64,000 bases of DNA from positions 372,001 to 436,000 of the forward strand of contig MU057987.1 of the NCBI GenBank assembly GCA_013265495.1, read 5' to 3'. This document shows, one piece after another, positions 48,980 through 61,730 of this stretch. The position numbers and the translations under genes are program-made. Origin of the DNA: Vicugna vicugna. Lineage: Eukaryota. Below the pieces are notes generated by a model. That model searched no databases. It was given only the letters and a program-made list of their open reading frames with translations, and had not been told where the DNA came from. Positions within the stretch are counted from its first letter, which is position 1; every line of letters begins with the position of its first letter.

Positions 48980-51900
48980 TTTTGGCCAATCCTCTTTGCC
49001 TGTTTGAAAATGGCAGTACAGTTAAACAAATTTATACGTTGTTCACAAGGATATAAAAGACAAAATTACTCAAAAATCCTTAACAATAAAGAGATGCACC
49101 AAGCTGTATCAGGCAAATGCTGAAACAAAACAAACAGAAAAAGGAAGACAGGTATGGTTACATAAAGGACAGACGAAATGGAATTTAAGGCCAAAAGCAC
49201 TAAAAGTTGCCAAGCAAGATATTTCCCACTGATAAAAACTAAAATCCAAACTAGAGGACAGCAATTTTAAGCACATATCAACATAGCCTTAAATACAGAA
49301 ATCCAAAAGGCTAGTAGGAAATGTTAATAAGTCTCTCTCAGGAACTGATAAATTAAAAATAAGTAAAACACTAGGTACCTGAAGAACAAAAGTAACAGGT
49401 TTAGAAAAATGTGTATCCTATAACTGAGTCAATAAATATTCTGTATCAGTAAATCTAAAAGCTAATTTTTTAAACGGAACAGAAAATAGATACGTTTAGC
49501 TACTCTGCTGAAGGAAAAAGGAAAAAAAGCAAAAGAAAAAAGAAAAGGACACATAACTTCAGATATGAAACATTTAAAAAATACTACATGGCACTTTCTA
49601 TCAATAAATTTTTTAAAAGCTAGATAAAACAGACAGTTGGTCAAAAAGAAGCATAATGCCCAAATACATCAATATCTACTTGGGAAAACTTATCCCCACA
49701 ATGGCAAAATTGCAGAAGTCTAGCAAATTTTTATGGATAGATAATTCCAGTTTATATAAATTATTATAGAGCACAGAAAAAAATGTCAATCTTCCTAATT
49801 CTCTGGCCTCTTCTAATAAGAGACCAGCATACATTTAGAACTAATAATGAGCAAGAATAGTCAAAAAACAGGAAGTACAAAAAGATCACATGTAATTTAA
49901 GAGTCCTAAGTAAAATGGCAGCAAATCAAATTCATCAGCCCTTTAAATGAGAAACATTATCACCAAGTTAGGGTTTATTCCAAAAAACTTTGATTCAATA
50001 TTAGAAAATCTAATGACATATTTCACTATATTCATGAATTAATGTTTTAGTATCCTTGCAGATGAAGGAAACGTACTTTAAAAAATTCATCAGGTACACT
50101 CATAAAATCTCTAAGTAAGCTGGCTATACCATGAAACATATCTACACCTATAGTAAATGTTATAGATAATGATAAAATATACAAAACCTTCCTACTACAG
50201 AAACAATGAAAACTTATGATTGACATTACTACTCACTACACAGGAAATAAAGTACTGATTTTGGAGTGAGGGAAAAAATGTCTCATTAAATGCAATAATG
50301 ATTATCAGAAAAATCCAAGAGAGTCACTAAAAAGTCATTAGAAATAACACAGTAAAATAAGACAGTTAGAAACAAGAAAATGAAAGTGGATAAATTAACA
50401 ATACAGCAGTAAAAGAATCATTTGAAAAAAAAATGCAGCAAAAGTAGATCCCACTGGTTAACAATGAAAATTACACAACAGAGTAATAAAATAAGATGTT
50501 TAATGAAACTCTATGAAAGTGTCTATGAGATCTGAAAAGTGAGAGAGATTATTAGATGGGATAATAAATGAAGCTATTAACTCTTCACCGCTCTGTACAA
50601 TCTCCAAGAAAAGTCATTATGGAACTTGACAAAAATTTTTCTAGAATTTATGCACAAAAGGAAGATAAAGAGTACAGAAAATTTTGAACCATGGGGGGAG
50701 TGGCTTGTCAGAAATGATATTTTAGTATACAGATTTAGTAATTTGCAGGAATTAAGTAAATCATCAATAGGACAGAATAAGTGATCTAGAGATGATCACA
50801 TACTTCTATGGGAACTGTGCATATGGTACAGGTGGCCTTTCACATGAGTCGGTTAACAAGTGGTGTTTGGAAAACAGACCATGTACCTAGATGTTTTTTT
50901 AAAAGTTATATTTCTATCTCACACAAAGTAATTGCCAGGTGAATTAAAAAGCTAATTAAGGGCAAAACAAACAAACAAAACCCAGAAAACAACATAGGAT
51001 AATAATTTTATAATTTGGAGTGAGAAGACCTTCTCAAAAACGTACAGTTGAAAACACAGAAAACAAAATCTTGCCAGTAACACAAAATACCATAGATAAA
51101 TTTACGAGATTAGCAGAAGACCAGGAAAAATAAAATGTGTGTAACAAGTTCTTACTGATCATTTGGAAAAAGCCAAATAATTCAATCGGGAAATAAAGAT
51201 AGGCAATTCAAAGAAAGACAAATGGGTAATAAATGTAGGAAAAAAAGTCACCAACCTATCTCATTAGTGATCAGGAAAGTCATAATTAGCAGGAGGTTAT
51301 CTTCTGTTGTCTATCACACTGGCAAAACCTTTAAACGTGTGTAATGTCCAAGACTGCTGAGGATGAGGAGCTGTAGATTTTAAGTAGTGTTGGGGGAGTG
51401 TCAATTGGTATAGTCTTTATTAGGACAATCTGACCGTGTCGCCCTAAAATTTAAAATGCACACCTTTTTATCATGGAAAATAACCCATCTCACAGAGGTT
51501 CTAACACGTTGTATTTCAGTTTTTTATTGGCAATGTTGCAGAAACAATCCAAATCATAGACACGACCTAGGAAAACATATTTCTGGATGGGGTCCATAGC
51601 CCACGTCCATAAATATAGTTTTCAAGGTTTTATTACATCACATGGTTATAGGCATTTTTACAGTGTACTTGAAACTAGTACTGTGGCCTGCCTCAAAGGC
51701 TACCTTCCAAAGGAAAAGGAAACAGGCCTCAGCTAGCTTGTCTTACAATTTGTGGTTACTATTTTGAGCAGCATGAAATCCTTTTGCCAAAGAAGGAAGC
51801 TGCTGGCTTTCAGCTAAAAGGCACTTTGAAGTAACATTAAAACATTTATAATTTCAGCCATATTTAATTAACTCCTGTCCACAGGCTTTAATCTAACAAC

Positions 51901-52260
51901 TCCATCTCCACGCATCTCATTTAGAGAAATACTCCCATACAAAGAGACACGGAGGAGGATGTTAACTGATTGTAGTGTTGTTTGTAGCAGTGAAAAAATT
52001 GGAAACAACCAAATACTTAGAAAACAGTTAAATTCTATGTTCATAGTAAGGTATATTATGTAGCAATTAAAAAGAATGAGGTAAATATGCACACTAATAT
52101 GGAAAAATTTCTAAGACACATTCTTAGTGACAAAGAGAAATTCTAGAAAACACATCAAGAAAACAAAACAAAGTAAAATCTTTATAGAACTGTGTGTGTA
52201 AAAATGCTTTTTATGGAAAAGGCTAGAAATTACACATCAAGCAGCTAACAGAAGTTCTTC
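48980..52260 (+). mobile_element. Long, highly decayed L1 (ORF2 to 3' UTR; L1M/L1ME-like)
   Basis: A-rich sequence with motifs 'tatcaccaagttagggtttattcca', 'atggaacttgacaaaaattttt', 'tttctatctcacac' and 'aaattggaaacaaccaaatac'. No intact ORF. Confidence 0.75.
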
Positions 52261-52451
52261 TTTATCAGAGTAGGGGGCGTCTATCTTTTATTTCTTGGGG
52301 TTTTTTTTTAAATTTGAAAGTGGTTTCATTAAGAAAATACAGTCATGTATCACTCCTGCAAAAAAGGGAAGTTTTGAAAAATACTGTTTACATTTAAGGA
52401 TTGTGTATGTATAAAATGCTTATTATTAATATAATGCTTACTATATACATA

Positions 52452-52899
52452 CAAGCATACCTCAGAGATACTATGGTTTCAGTTACAGACCACTTCAGTG
52501 AAGCAAATGCTGCAATAAAGCAAGTCACACAATTTTTTTTTTGGTTTCTCTGTACATATAAAAGTTATCTTTACACTGTACTGTAATCTATTAAGTATGC
52601 AATGGCATTATGTCTAAAAAAATGCACATATCTTAATGAAAACATACTTTATTGTTTAAAAAAAACCCGCTAACCATCATCTGAGCCTTCAGTGAGCAAT
52701 AATCTTTTTGCTGGCGGAGGGTTTAAAATATTTAAAGAATTACCAAAATCTAGCACAGACAAGAAGTGAGCAAATGCTATTGTAAAAGTGGCACCAATAG
52801 ATTTGCTCCATACAGGGTTGCCACAAACCTTCAATTTGTTTAAAAAAAAAAATTTGTAAAGCACAGTAAAACAAAGGGCAATAAAATGAGGTCTGCGTG
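52452..52899 (-). mobile_element. Tigger1-derived non-autonomous Tc1/mariner element
   Basis: TIRs caagcatacctc... / ...gaggtctgcgtg, TA duplications at 52450-52451 and 52900-52901, and internal Tigger1 motifs ('gctaaccatcatctgagccttcag', 'cagggttgccacaaaccttcaatttg'). Confidence 0.9.
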
Positions 52900-53444
52900 T
52901 ATCAGAGATAGTCTGTGACTGAATCTCAACCTTAAGAAAGTAATTGGAATTGTTTGTTTACCTGAGTGCTGTGAATTTTAAATACCGTGATGTTTGAAAA
53001 GATAGTTCAGTTTTCATTTGGCTGCACAGCAGCACAGAGGCACAGTCTAAAGTTCCATTTAAAAAAAGACTATTCCAATTAGCAAATTTAGTAAGTTTCA
53101 TTATGGAAATTCCCAGAGGCAAGCTCTGGCATTTAATGATTAGAAAAGTAACAAGAAAATATTGCTTACAGAGTGAATCAATAGAAAAGTAAATTTTACT
53201 GTCTCATGTAAAATCATCTTTAGGTTAAGCAAAAAAAAAAAAGCATCGAGTTAATTAGAAGAGGTATGCTGTGTAAGTTTTTTTCAAAGTGTACAATGTA
53301 AGAATATGTGGTGTGATAATGACCAGGAGGAATACAAAAAAATGCAGGGAGAATTTTGTCAAGTTTCTTAAAATTCATTTATGAATTCCTGGTAAGACAC
53401 GTGAAGCATTTTACAAAACTGAGTAAACCAGCTTCCCTTTTTAG

Positions 53445-53678
53445 TCCTCTGTGACTGTATCAGGCTAATACTGTGCCGTATGCTTGAAATTTGTTGACAG
53501 TGTGTAGCTTAAGTGTGCTCACCACACATACACAAAAAAGGAAACTCCGTGGGGTGACAGATGCTAACTAACATGACTGGCGATCATTTCACAATGTACA
53601 CATACATCAAGTCATCACATTGGACACTTGACACAATTTTTATTGATTTCCATTACACCTCAATAAAGCCGGAAAAAA
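53445..53678 (+). mobile_element. L1MA9/10-like 3' end
   Basis: 'tgcttgaaatttgttga...cttaagtgtgctcaccacac...atcatttcacaatgtacacatacatcaagtcatcac...acctcaataaagccggaaaaaaa'. Confidence 0.85.
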
Positions 53679-54194
53679 ACCATTTCAGCCCGTGAATGGG
53701 AGCCACACCAAAGTATACTTCAGTAGGTACATAAAACAATGGCTTCAAAGAATCACCTGGAATTCCTGGAGTCCACTGCCATTTCCAGGGCCAGTCCTAC
53801 AACTTTTCACTAAGGTTTTCCTTGTACTTGGTGCTCTAGTGAAAAAGGCCCGTTAGAGTCAGTGTAACCATAAGCCTGAGCAGAAGAGAATAAAAGCATA
53901 AATGATGTTAAGAATTACACAATGTTCACTGACGTTAAGGATGGGATGCGTGTACCACCTCCAGTGCAGCATCTTCCCGCATCCTTGATGTCTTTCTTCT
54001 GTGCTGAGAAGACTGACAGTGGTTCCCTCTGATGCTCACTGGACACGGCTGCCCCGTAAGGGTTTCAACGGTGAACAGTGCAAGAACAGATACACACTCT
54101 TCTACTGTGGGTCTCAACGCAACTCCAGTACTTGGGATTTTTGCCACATTCAAAGCAGCTCAAGTAGGAAAGAAAAAGTTCAAACCAGTCACCA

Positions 54195-55400
54195 GTTCCA
54201 AAATTAGCATTTTATTCAGAACGCTGGGGTCAGAGGTGTATCATTTATATTCTGGTACACAATACAGAGGCAAAGCTGTTGTCAGAAGTCTCTCCAGTTT
54301 AAAAGCTTTTTTTTTTTTTCATTTTTTTTTTAAAAACACACACTTAGTAGTGCCACCAGTGTCAGGCCACCCCTTCCATTTCTTGCCTTTCCTTTTTTTT
54401 TTTTTTGGTACAAATTATGTAAAACGTTTGTGCTAGGAACTTTTCTCCCTCCCCTAACCAAAAAGAAAATAAAAAATAAAAAAAAATTTAAAAATTAAAA
54501 ATTGAGTATTCTAACTACAGCTCAACAATTGAATCAAATGTCACTTTGTTTTGTAAATACTTTATCCATAACGAAAGATATAAACATGCAAAAAACCTGA
54601 ATCCAGAGTTCAAATAATACATACACATGTTCTGAAGTTTCTGCACTTCTCCATAGACTATGCCAATAAAACATTATGTACACATATCATTTTTACAGTG
54701 AAGTGGAAAAAATACAGTAAATAAAAAAAGTGTACATGGATTAAGACCCAAATGTGTCTAACATTCTAGTTTATGAAAAAATTCAATTTTGCTACAAATT
54801 GGTGATATGAAAACTCCCTTTATTTGCAACCAGCTGCGTAAGTTTTAAGATTTTAGTGAAAAAAAAAACAAAAAAACAAAACTAAAGTCTAAAACTAGAA
54901 GTAATATACATTTTCCAATCTCATGGTCTCAGCCCCCAAGATAATAAAATCGCCCCATGAGTGGTTGGTTTGTCTGTTTAATTCTGTATTTTAATAAAAG
55001 CAAAATGCAATGTAACGAAAAGCGTGTTGAAGCATATCATGGTTGAACTTACTGCTCCCACCACAAAATATTTTGTCTTGTCCTTATCGTTTCAGAAATC
55101 AGTACCATTAAAGCCTTAAACAGAAAACTAATTCCAATCTGAAAAAGGTACAAAAAGGCACATAAAATCCCAGTGCTTCTGTACTGTAAAATTCAAGTGT
55201 AACTGAGCTCAGTGTTTCTCCAAACAGCATTGGATCACTGATATTCCCTCTGAGCCCAAACTGGTTCGCAGCCTATGCCAAAGCCTCCAGCAAGCACTGT
55301 GCTAGTAGACTACAAGGTTAAAGCCTAGCTTCTGAATGCTTTTTGGGAATATCAGTTGAAATTGTTTGTACTTGTCCAAAAACCAAGTTCGCCCTGAAGT
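54195..55400 (-). other. CDH2: CDH2 3' UTR
   Basis: Directly follows the CDH2 stop codon. Repeat-free and U-rich, ending at AATAAA plus a downstream U/GU-rich element. Resembles the mammalian CDH2 UTR as recalled. Confidence 0.9.
54211..54216 (-). terminator. CDH2: Distal polyadenylation signal AATAAA of CDH2
   Basis: tttatt on the + strand. Downstream on the minus strand lies the U/GU-rich 'ggtgactggtttgaactttttctttcc'. Confidence 0.85.
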
Positions 55401-55607
55401 TCAGTCATCACCTCCACCGTACATGTCAGCGAGTTTCTTGAAGCGCGGCCCCCAGTCGTTCAGGTAGTCATAGTCCTGCTCGCCGCCACTACTTGAAGAA
55501 TTAAGGGAGCTCAAGGACCCGGCGGTGGAGCCGCTGCCTTCGTAGTCAAACACTAAGAGGGAGTCGTAGGGCGGAGCCGTGGGGTCATTGTCAGCAGCTT
55601 TGAGGCC
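55401..55607 (-). CDS. CDH2: N-cadherin (cadherin-2) last coding exon, beta-catenin-binding cytoplasmic tail (partial CDS)
   Basis: Encodes [68 protein letters not shown], the N-cadherin C-terminus. Preceded by a polypyrimidine tract and a CAG acceptor (55610-55608), phase 0. Confidence 0.98.
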   Translation of the reverse strand, partial: GLKAADNDPTAPPYDSLLVFDYEGSGSTAGSLSSLNSSSSGGEQDYDYLNDWGPRFKKLADMYGGGDD

Positions 55608-56084
55608 CTGCATTTTGGGAGGCAAGGGAAGGGAGGGAGACAGGGTCACGATTTGCAGATCTTCACGCTGACACCAGCGGTCCCCCGGGACCCGACGCTG
55701 GTTTGTAAGTTTCCACCTGCAGACCACAACACGTTCACCCCACAGAGCCTGAGGTTAGCACCAGACTGAAACTAACTGATGTCTTTCCTCTGTAAAGAGT
55801 CCAGCCCAGTGAGGCCAGACACACAGACAATGGGAGGGGTTAACTAGGGAGTGCGTTTGATGGGTGGCAGAGATGAATGGCCCCCTGCCTGAAGCTGGGA
55901 AGGGAGGATCTTAACTGAAGTCTGGTAAGGCATCTGCATAAAAGTGCACTGGGCAAGATCGTTTTGAGTAATTACCTGTGGGTAAGTCACACTGCAATAA
56001 TACAGAGGACTGTGAGATCATGTGACACGTGGACCCTAGTCTATCCAGAATCAGAGTCAAAGGATTTGGACAACAAACTCGTTT

Positions 56085-56340
56085 AACAGGACTTATATGC
56101 CAGGCAACTTGCGAAAAGAGAGGGACAGAGAAGTGAGTGCCATTCGGTTCTTGCCCTCAACAAGCTTACAATCTAACGTAACAGGCATGACTACAGTATG
56201 AAATAAATGATAAGTAAGGAAAAAAAAACATGAAGTCTAGGCAAAAATCAGAATGCTGAAAACAAAATCCAGACCAGAACTGAGAGCTGGGAGTTCAAGG
56301 TGGAAGCGGCATTCCATTTGACTCAAATTTGGAAAAGGAG
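56085..56340 (-). mobile_element. L2 3' end fragment
   Basis: 'gacttatatgccaggca...ttcttgccctcaacaagcttacaatcta'. Confidence 0.6.
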
Positions 56341-56824
56341 ATTCTGCCAATCTAAAACAGCAAGTATATACGTGGCTTTTAAAAAGAATTGAATAAAAAA
56401 GAACCAATGAAATTATTATCTGTAATCTTAAGTCTTGTGAAAAGATGCTTTTTTATACAGAACTCATGTCTCTGTGGCTTATCCATAATCATGCTCTACA
56501 AAACTTTAAGGATTTAATACTATGTCCTTTTAGCATTTTCTCTTAATTTTTCCCCAGTTCCATTCTAGTGCCCCAAGATATACCCAGATTAGTGTCCAAA
56601 CAATCATTCTCTTTTTGCACAACTCTGCTTTTTAAATGCTGGTGGGCTTAAAAGAGGCTTCATTTATCCAAGACATGATGGACTATCTGCTTTTAGATCG
56701 ATCCTTCCAATCAGCACGTGCTTTATGAATACATATATGTGTTCTTTTAAATCAGTATGTGTTCATGTATTCATTCTTCCCAGTTTACAGAGGAGGAAGA
56801 GGGAACAGAGCATGAAAATTAAGG

Positions 56825-57040
56825 TGAGATTCAGTATGTATAGCGGTTAAGAGATCAGACCCCGGGGCCACACCTCAGCTCTGCGCAGCACCAGGACCTC
56901 AGCTAAGTTCGACAAGCTCCGTTTCCTCATCGGTAACTGTAATCACGGCAACAAGATCACTATGAAGATCAAACAGAATAAAGGGACCCAAGGGCTCACC
57001 ACAGTGCCTGGCATTTGTTAGAGCTCAAGGAATATTAGTT
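56825..57040 (+). mobile_element. MIR SINE
   Basis: 'tgtatagcggttaagag...ctccgtttcctcatcggtaa...cacagtgcctggcat...agagctcaaggaatattag'. Confidence 0.8.
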
Positions 57041-58078
57041 TATTTATTCATTTTTTTTTTAAGTTTAGAGAAAAAAATTCTTGCTTCAGAATTTGAAAAA
57101 AAGAAAAACAAATGTGAAAGACATCCTATTTTAAGAAACAAGATGGCAGCTGCTTGGCTTCAATCAAAAACCAGAAAAGAAAAGTACACACTACTTCCTT
57201 CCCATCCCCGAGTCCGTCTTACCAACCAGCCTAACCATCTGGTTCAGCACCACTCCTCCTCTTCTCAGGTACACTAATGACAGCCCGGAAACGCCCGTGA
57301 GAAACAGTACAGCAAACTACTTCCACCTGTAAGCATCGAACGACTTCAAGATACAAAACCTAAATAACCTGAGATAGGATTTTCTTGATTGTATCTATAG
57401 AAAAAGCTACAGGGCAATTCTGTTAAGACTGAAAACCACAAAATACAGTTTCTGCAAACTCCTAACTCCAGTTTGTGGTGGATGGTGTTACCATCCTGGA
57501 TGGTTCACTGTCCTCTCCCCGTGGGCGGATCACATGCCCGCGCTACCACAAGTGCCACCCTGGGGCCGTTCACTTCCCCACCCCACCGTCAGGCTTGGCG
57601 AGACCTTTAAGGGTGCTAGTTAACGTGCCCCCACCAAGCTCCTCCTCTCCCCACCTCGGCCAGGGGAAGGGCCTGCCCCACGTGCCAGTCTCCCTTCTGC
57701 CTGGATCCTGAAACACAGAAGACATGTGGATTATGGTGTCAGCACCAAACTGGAAAGAAGGAAAGGCTAAGACTAAGATTAACCCAAAGGGTCAATGGCA
57801 GGGCATCAAGTTGCCTGGATTCAGTGGAGATGGAAGCGATGGCCTGTTTACTGTGACTTAGAATAAATGCTAGAAGCTGCCTGGTCTTCCCTGGTGGGTT
57901 AAAGGGCCCAAGATTCTTCTTCAAATGTCTAAGATACTCGATTCATCCCTTAAACAAAACAAAACAAGTAAGAACACTGATGATATTGGTAATTACCACT
58001 GAGAGTCTCAAAAATATTTCTTTAAATTTTTTTTTAGCTCCTGTCTTGGCTTTCTGATCATCCTGGTGGTTTTTGAAT

Positions 58079-58082
<4 letters not shown>

Positions 58083-58118
<36 letters not shown>
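58083..58118 (+). repeat. (GCTT)9 tetranucleotide microsatellite
   Basis: Nine perfect GCTT units. Confidence 0.95.
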
Positions 58119-58899
58119 TCTTTTTTTATTAAAAGAGGCTAAGGCTATAAAACCCATTAGAGGTCACTGTGCTATGTGTCAGAGATCAGACACTGTCTCA
58201 GGTTTCAGTAATTACCAAAGGGCAAAAACCACTGAACTTTTCAAGAATTCTCAGGCAAGCCATCTTCCCAGGCTGAACGTTCAGTACGTTAAGTCCCTTC
58301 CACTTGCGTAGCACTGATTTTTACCTGAGGATAAAATATGATTCTTCCGGGCGAGGCGTGCTATAACTTCTGGGTACCATTTTGGTAATTCTCAACAGAT
58401 CATAGTTAAGTGCTGAGAAACGGACAGAGACAGGCAGGCAGCCAGAGTGAAGGTACAGGAGAAATCCGGCGTGGGTGGTGCACTGCCTCTGGCCCTCCCC
58501 TCTGAGATGCCTTTACGCAAAGTGTGGACACCATTTCACATGATGTACGACACGCTGTTGCCAAATTTACCAACTATCTGCATGTGCTGCTCTCTCCCCA
58601 TCTAGGTCTGACTAAGTCTAGAGGAGTATGTGCCTGCTTCCCCTTACTTGGACGGGCAGACCTTGAACTCTGGATAAATCTGAACTGTTTTCTGTAGTGA
58701 GCTGTCTCTAACATCAAAGAGCTGTGGCTCTGGCTGAATTCGTGCTGAGCTTGTATTTATAGACTTCTGGTCCTGTGCTTTACGGGTGGAGACATGCTTT
58801 TACAGGGACTATAAAAACCCACGTTCCTCACTGCGGGACCACACGAGGGCTGTAAGAGGAAAGAGGTCCTACTGATTCCCTTACGTTGTCTTCTATTGT

Positions 58900-59800
58900 C
58901 TCAAACGCACTGCCTTAGTTCAGCGTACCATTATACCCTGTCTGGACCACAGCAAAAGCCTCTCTCACTGTTCTCCCTGTCCCCAGGACTCTCCCTGCTT
59001 CTTTCTTACGAACTCCTATTGGTTTCTCTTTCTGATTTGATTATTTGATGTCACCCACCCCACCTGCAGGTAAAATTCTTTAACTGCCGTCACCTATAGG
59101 AGTGTTTCCAAAGTAAGAGAAGAGTCCCCCACTGGAGGTACGTAGGGTGATTTTTAAATGGAGCACAGGCACTTTAAAACAATTATTTTTATTAAAAAAA
59201 AAGTTAAAAATTGATTAAAAGTTTAAGTAAAGAATAGATGAAGTTTGCAGACATGGAAAACACTAGAAGGCATTACTCAAATAGCTGATGTTGGGGTAAC
59301 ATATAGGAGAAAGCCAAAACCTTTTGGGGAGCATTCGGTGAGCCCAGACTGTCCACCCACCTTTTTCCTTTCAACTGTTCTCAAAGCCAGCGACCACAGC
59401 TGAATCAGTCACTAAATTATTCACCAAAACCTTCTCAAGCCTGAAAAATGTCACATTCGTGGGTGCCTCCTGCTATTTACATGTTTATTTTCTGCTAGCT
59501 GAAATGTGATTCCCTTTGTTTGAAATGTCCCATCTCCTATTTTTCATTTGATTAATATCCATCCATCCACCTGTTCACCCATCCATCCTTTAAAGCCCAT
59601 TAAAAATGTCACTTCTGCTTCATGGAACTTTTTCCCCAAGCCACGACTGAGAGTAATTCCTGCGGTCTCTCTGGTCCCCTTTACTTTTACTGCCGAGTTT
59701 CGGTGACACCGAATCATGACATACCATCTGCAGAGGTGGTCTGCATTTATTTCACAACCTGCTGTCCAAGACGGTGCCGGACATCCAGCAGGTATTCTAG
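58900..59800 (+). mobile_element. L2 fragments
   Basis: 'gccttagttcag...ccctgtctggaccacagcaaaagcctc' and 'catcctttaaagccca...aaatgtcacttctgc..catggaactttt'. Confidence 0.55.
59100..59305. mobile_element. hAT-Charlie element (MER113-like) inside L2
   Basis: Ends 'gagtgtttccaaagt' and 'aaatagctgatgttggggtaaca', with an A-rich interior. Confidence 0.45.
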
Positions 59801-60119
59801 AAGGTAAATTTGTACTGTTGTCCCGGGCTTAATTTTACCTCAGTATCTTGTTCATACTTTTATTTATACCTTTTAGAAGAAGCTAGGATTTAGGTTTAAA
59901 ATATCCATGGACATAACAGTATGATCACATGACAATGGAATTCTTTGACTTACCGATGCCAACATCATTATGTCCCTTTCTGGGAGAGTCACTTTACTTA
60001 CAGCTTTCTGGGGGGCGGGCAGCGGAAGGAGAGGTTTTTATTTGTTTTATTTACAATTATAGGGCAGAAAGTTTTTACTCCTGATTATCAGTTGTAATGA
60101 TAATTAGTATGATACTGAT

Positions 60120-60350
60120 AGTAAAGAGATTTTATTATCTGACAAGCACTGTACCAAGCACTTCACACGCATCACTTGACTGACTCCTCACTGCAATCTT
60201 GAAAGGAGGGGCCATTATCATCACTCCCATTTTCATAAATAAGAAAACCAGACATCCAAGAGGTTAAATCCAAGGACTCTGACCTTGTACAAGGTAACAG
60301 AGTGATTACACGAGGCACCGAAATTTGAGCTCAAACATCCAACTCTTGTA
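60120..60350 (-). mobile_element. MIR SINE
   Basis: 'aagcactgtaccaagcacttcacacgcatc...ctcctcactgcaatcttgaaagg...cccatttttcataaataagaaaacc...gaggttaaa'. Confidence 0.75.
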
Positions 60351-61479
60351 AGCCTGGACAGAGATATTTTAAAAAGAACATATTACATTTAATTAATAGG
60401 AGAAAGAAGGCAAAAGCCTTAAACTGTGTAGTTTTAACCAAGTTATTCTAGGAGCACCTTCCATAAGTTTTTAAATAATGAATCAAAAGTCATTCTCTTA
60501 ACAGAAATACACCCTTGGTTTTTATATTTCTGCGATAAAAGAACTAAACAGGATTAGGAAAGTTACTGGAGGCATGCTAATATCTACTGCCGGGCTGAGA
60601 TTAAATGACTTTATTTCAACTTTTCACCTTCTAAAGGTCTTCTTTAAAAAACCTCAAAACAGAAGGAAATTCTGTGGTGGAAATTCAAAGATGTGTGATT
60701 CATTTTACTCTACCTGTCTGGAAATAAGTTATCATTTTTGAGACTCATTATTTAAAGAAACAAACCAGAAAACGTTCTCGTGCGCTTACTTACCTTCGCC
60801 TTACATCTATAAAAACACTCCAATTATAACCACCACTATATTCTTGTCCCTTTGGAATATTCGGTGCTGTGCTAAATCAAACAAAACCTGGAGATAAAGA
60901 AGTCTGTTTATAGTTTAAATGTATTTGTAAAATGTACTTGAGTTCTTTGTAAGTGCCTTCAATTGTTTTAAAACTTTACATGTATTTATTTTTATCTGTC
61001 CAGTTATAGAAAGACACTGAACATGTCTCCCTGGGTGTCTTAAATGGAGGAATTTACGTGGTGTGTTTGAACTCTATCTCCGGCTTAGGCCTTTTGACAG
61101 TCTGAACCCTTTCAACTTTCCCACAAAACTGATGATCACATCCCTGGACCCTGTTTTTAGTTGTTTTCTGTGACCCCTTAAACCCCTTAGACTTTCTTTC
61201 TGTGTCCAAAGGTGGGGCAATTCTAGGTACAGGTTTTTGGCTCCCCTTTCTCCTCTACATCCTCTATCTTACAATCGCATTCAATTTCAAGAATTGAAAT
61301 TGAAGGAATGATTTCCAAATGCGATCCCTTTGTCCATTCATGTACTCACCAACCAGTGTGCCCCCACAATGGTCCCCCCCCGAAGATACACCTCTTCCCC
61401 TGGACCATGGGAGGGCCCCGAGGGGAAGCAAAAGGGAACCTTGAGAAAGGAGTAATGGAGGGAGCTGAGTCCTAGGCGC

Positions 61480-61730
61480 ACTGAGATGGAGCCCACTGTT
61501 ACTGTGTGCCTGACCTTTCGTGGGCTGGTAAACACTTAACTAATATCTAGAAAAAAGGGCAAAGGACATTCCAGGCAGGAAGAACAGCATGGGGACAGGC
61601 CCTGGCGTGGAATCACAAGCTAAGATAGGGGAGACAAGTAGCCGTCTCTGTCACTGGCCTGGAAGATGCAGGTAGGGGAGGCGCCTGAGATGAAGCTGAA
61701 ACACCAAATAAAAACCAGACCCAGTGGGCA
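61480..61730 (-). mobile_element. L2 fragment
   Basis: 'aaggacattccaggcaggaagaacagcatggggacaggccctgg...gagatgaagctgaaa'. Confidence 0.6.

Noticed and set aside
54032..54436. 134-aa ORF antisense to the CDH2 3' UTR
   Set aside because: Non-ATG start, Phe runs from poly(T) tracts, and no recognisable domain.
55380..55403. Stop-codon readthrough of CDH2
   Set aside because: The context is TGA-ACTT, not the TGA-CTAG readthrough motif.
55608..55727. N-terminal 40 codons of the 108-aa ORF (MVCRWK...PPKMQ)
   Set aside because: Intronic read-through upstream of the CAG acceptor. Cadherin homology begins at GLKAAD.
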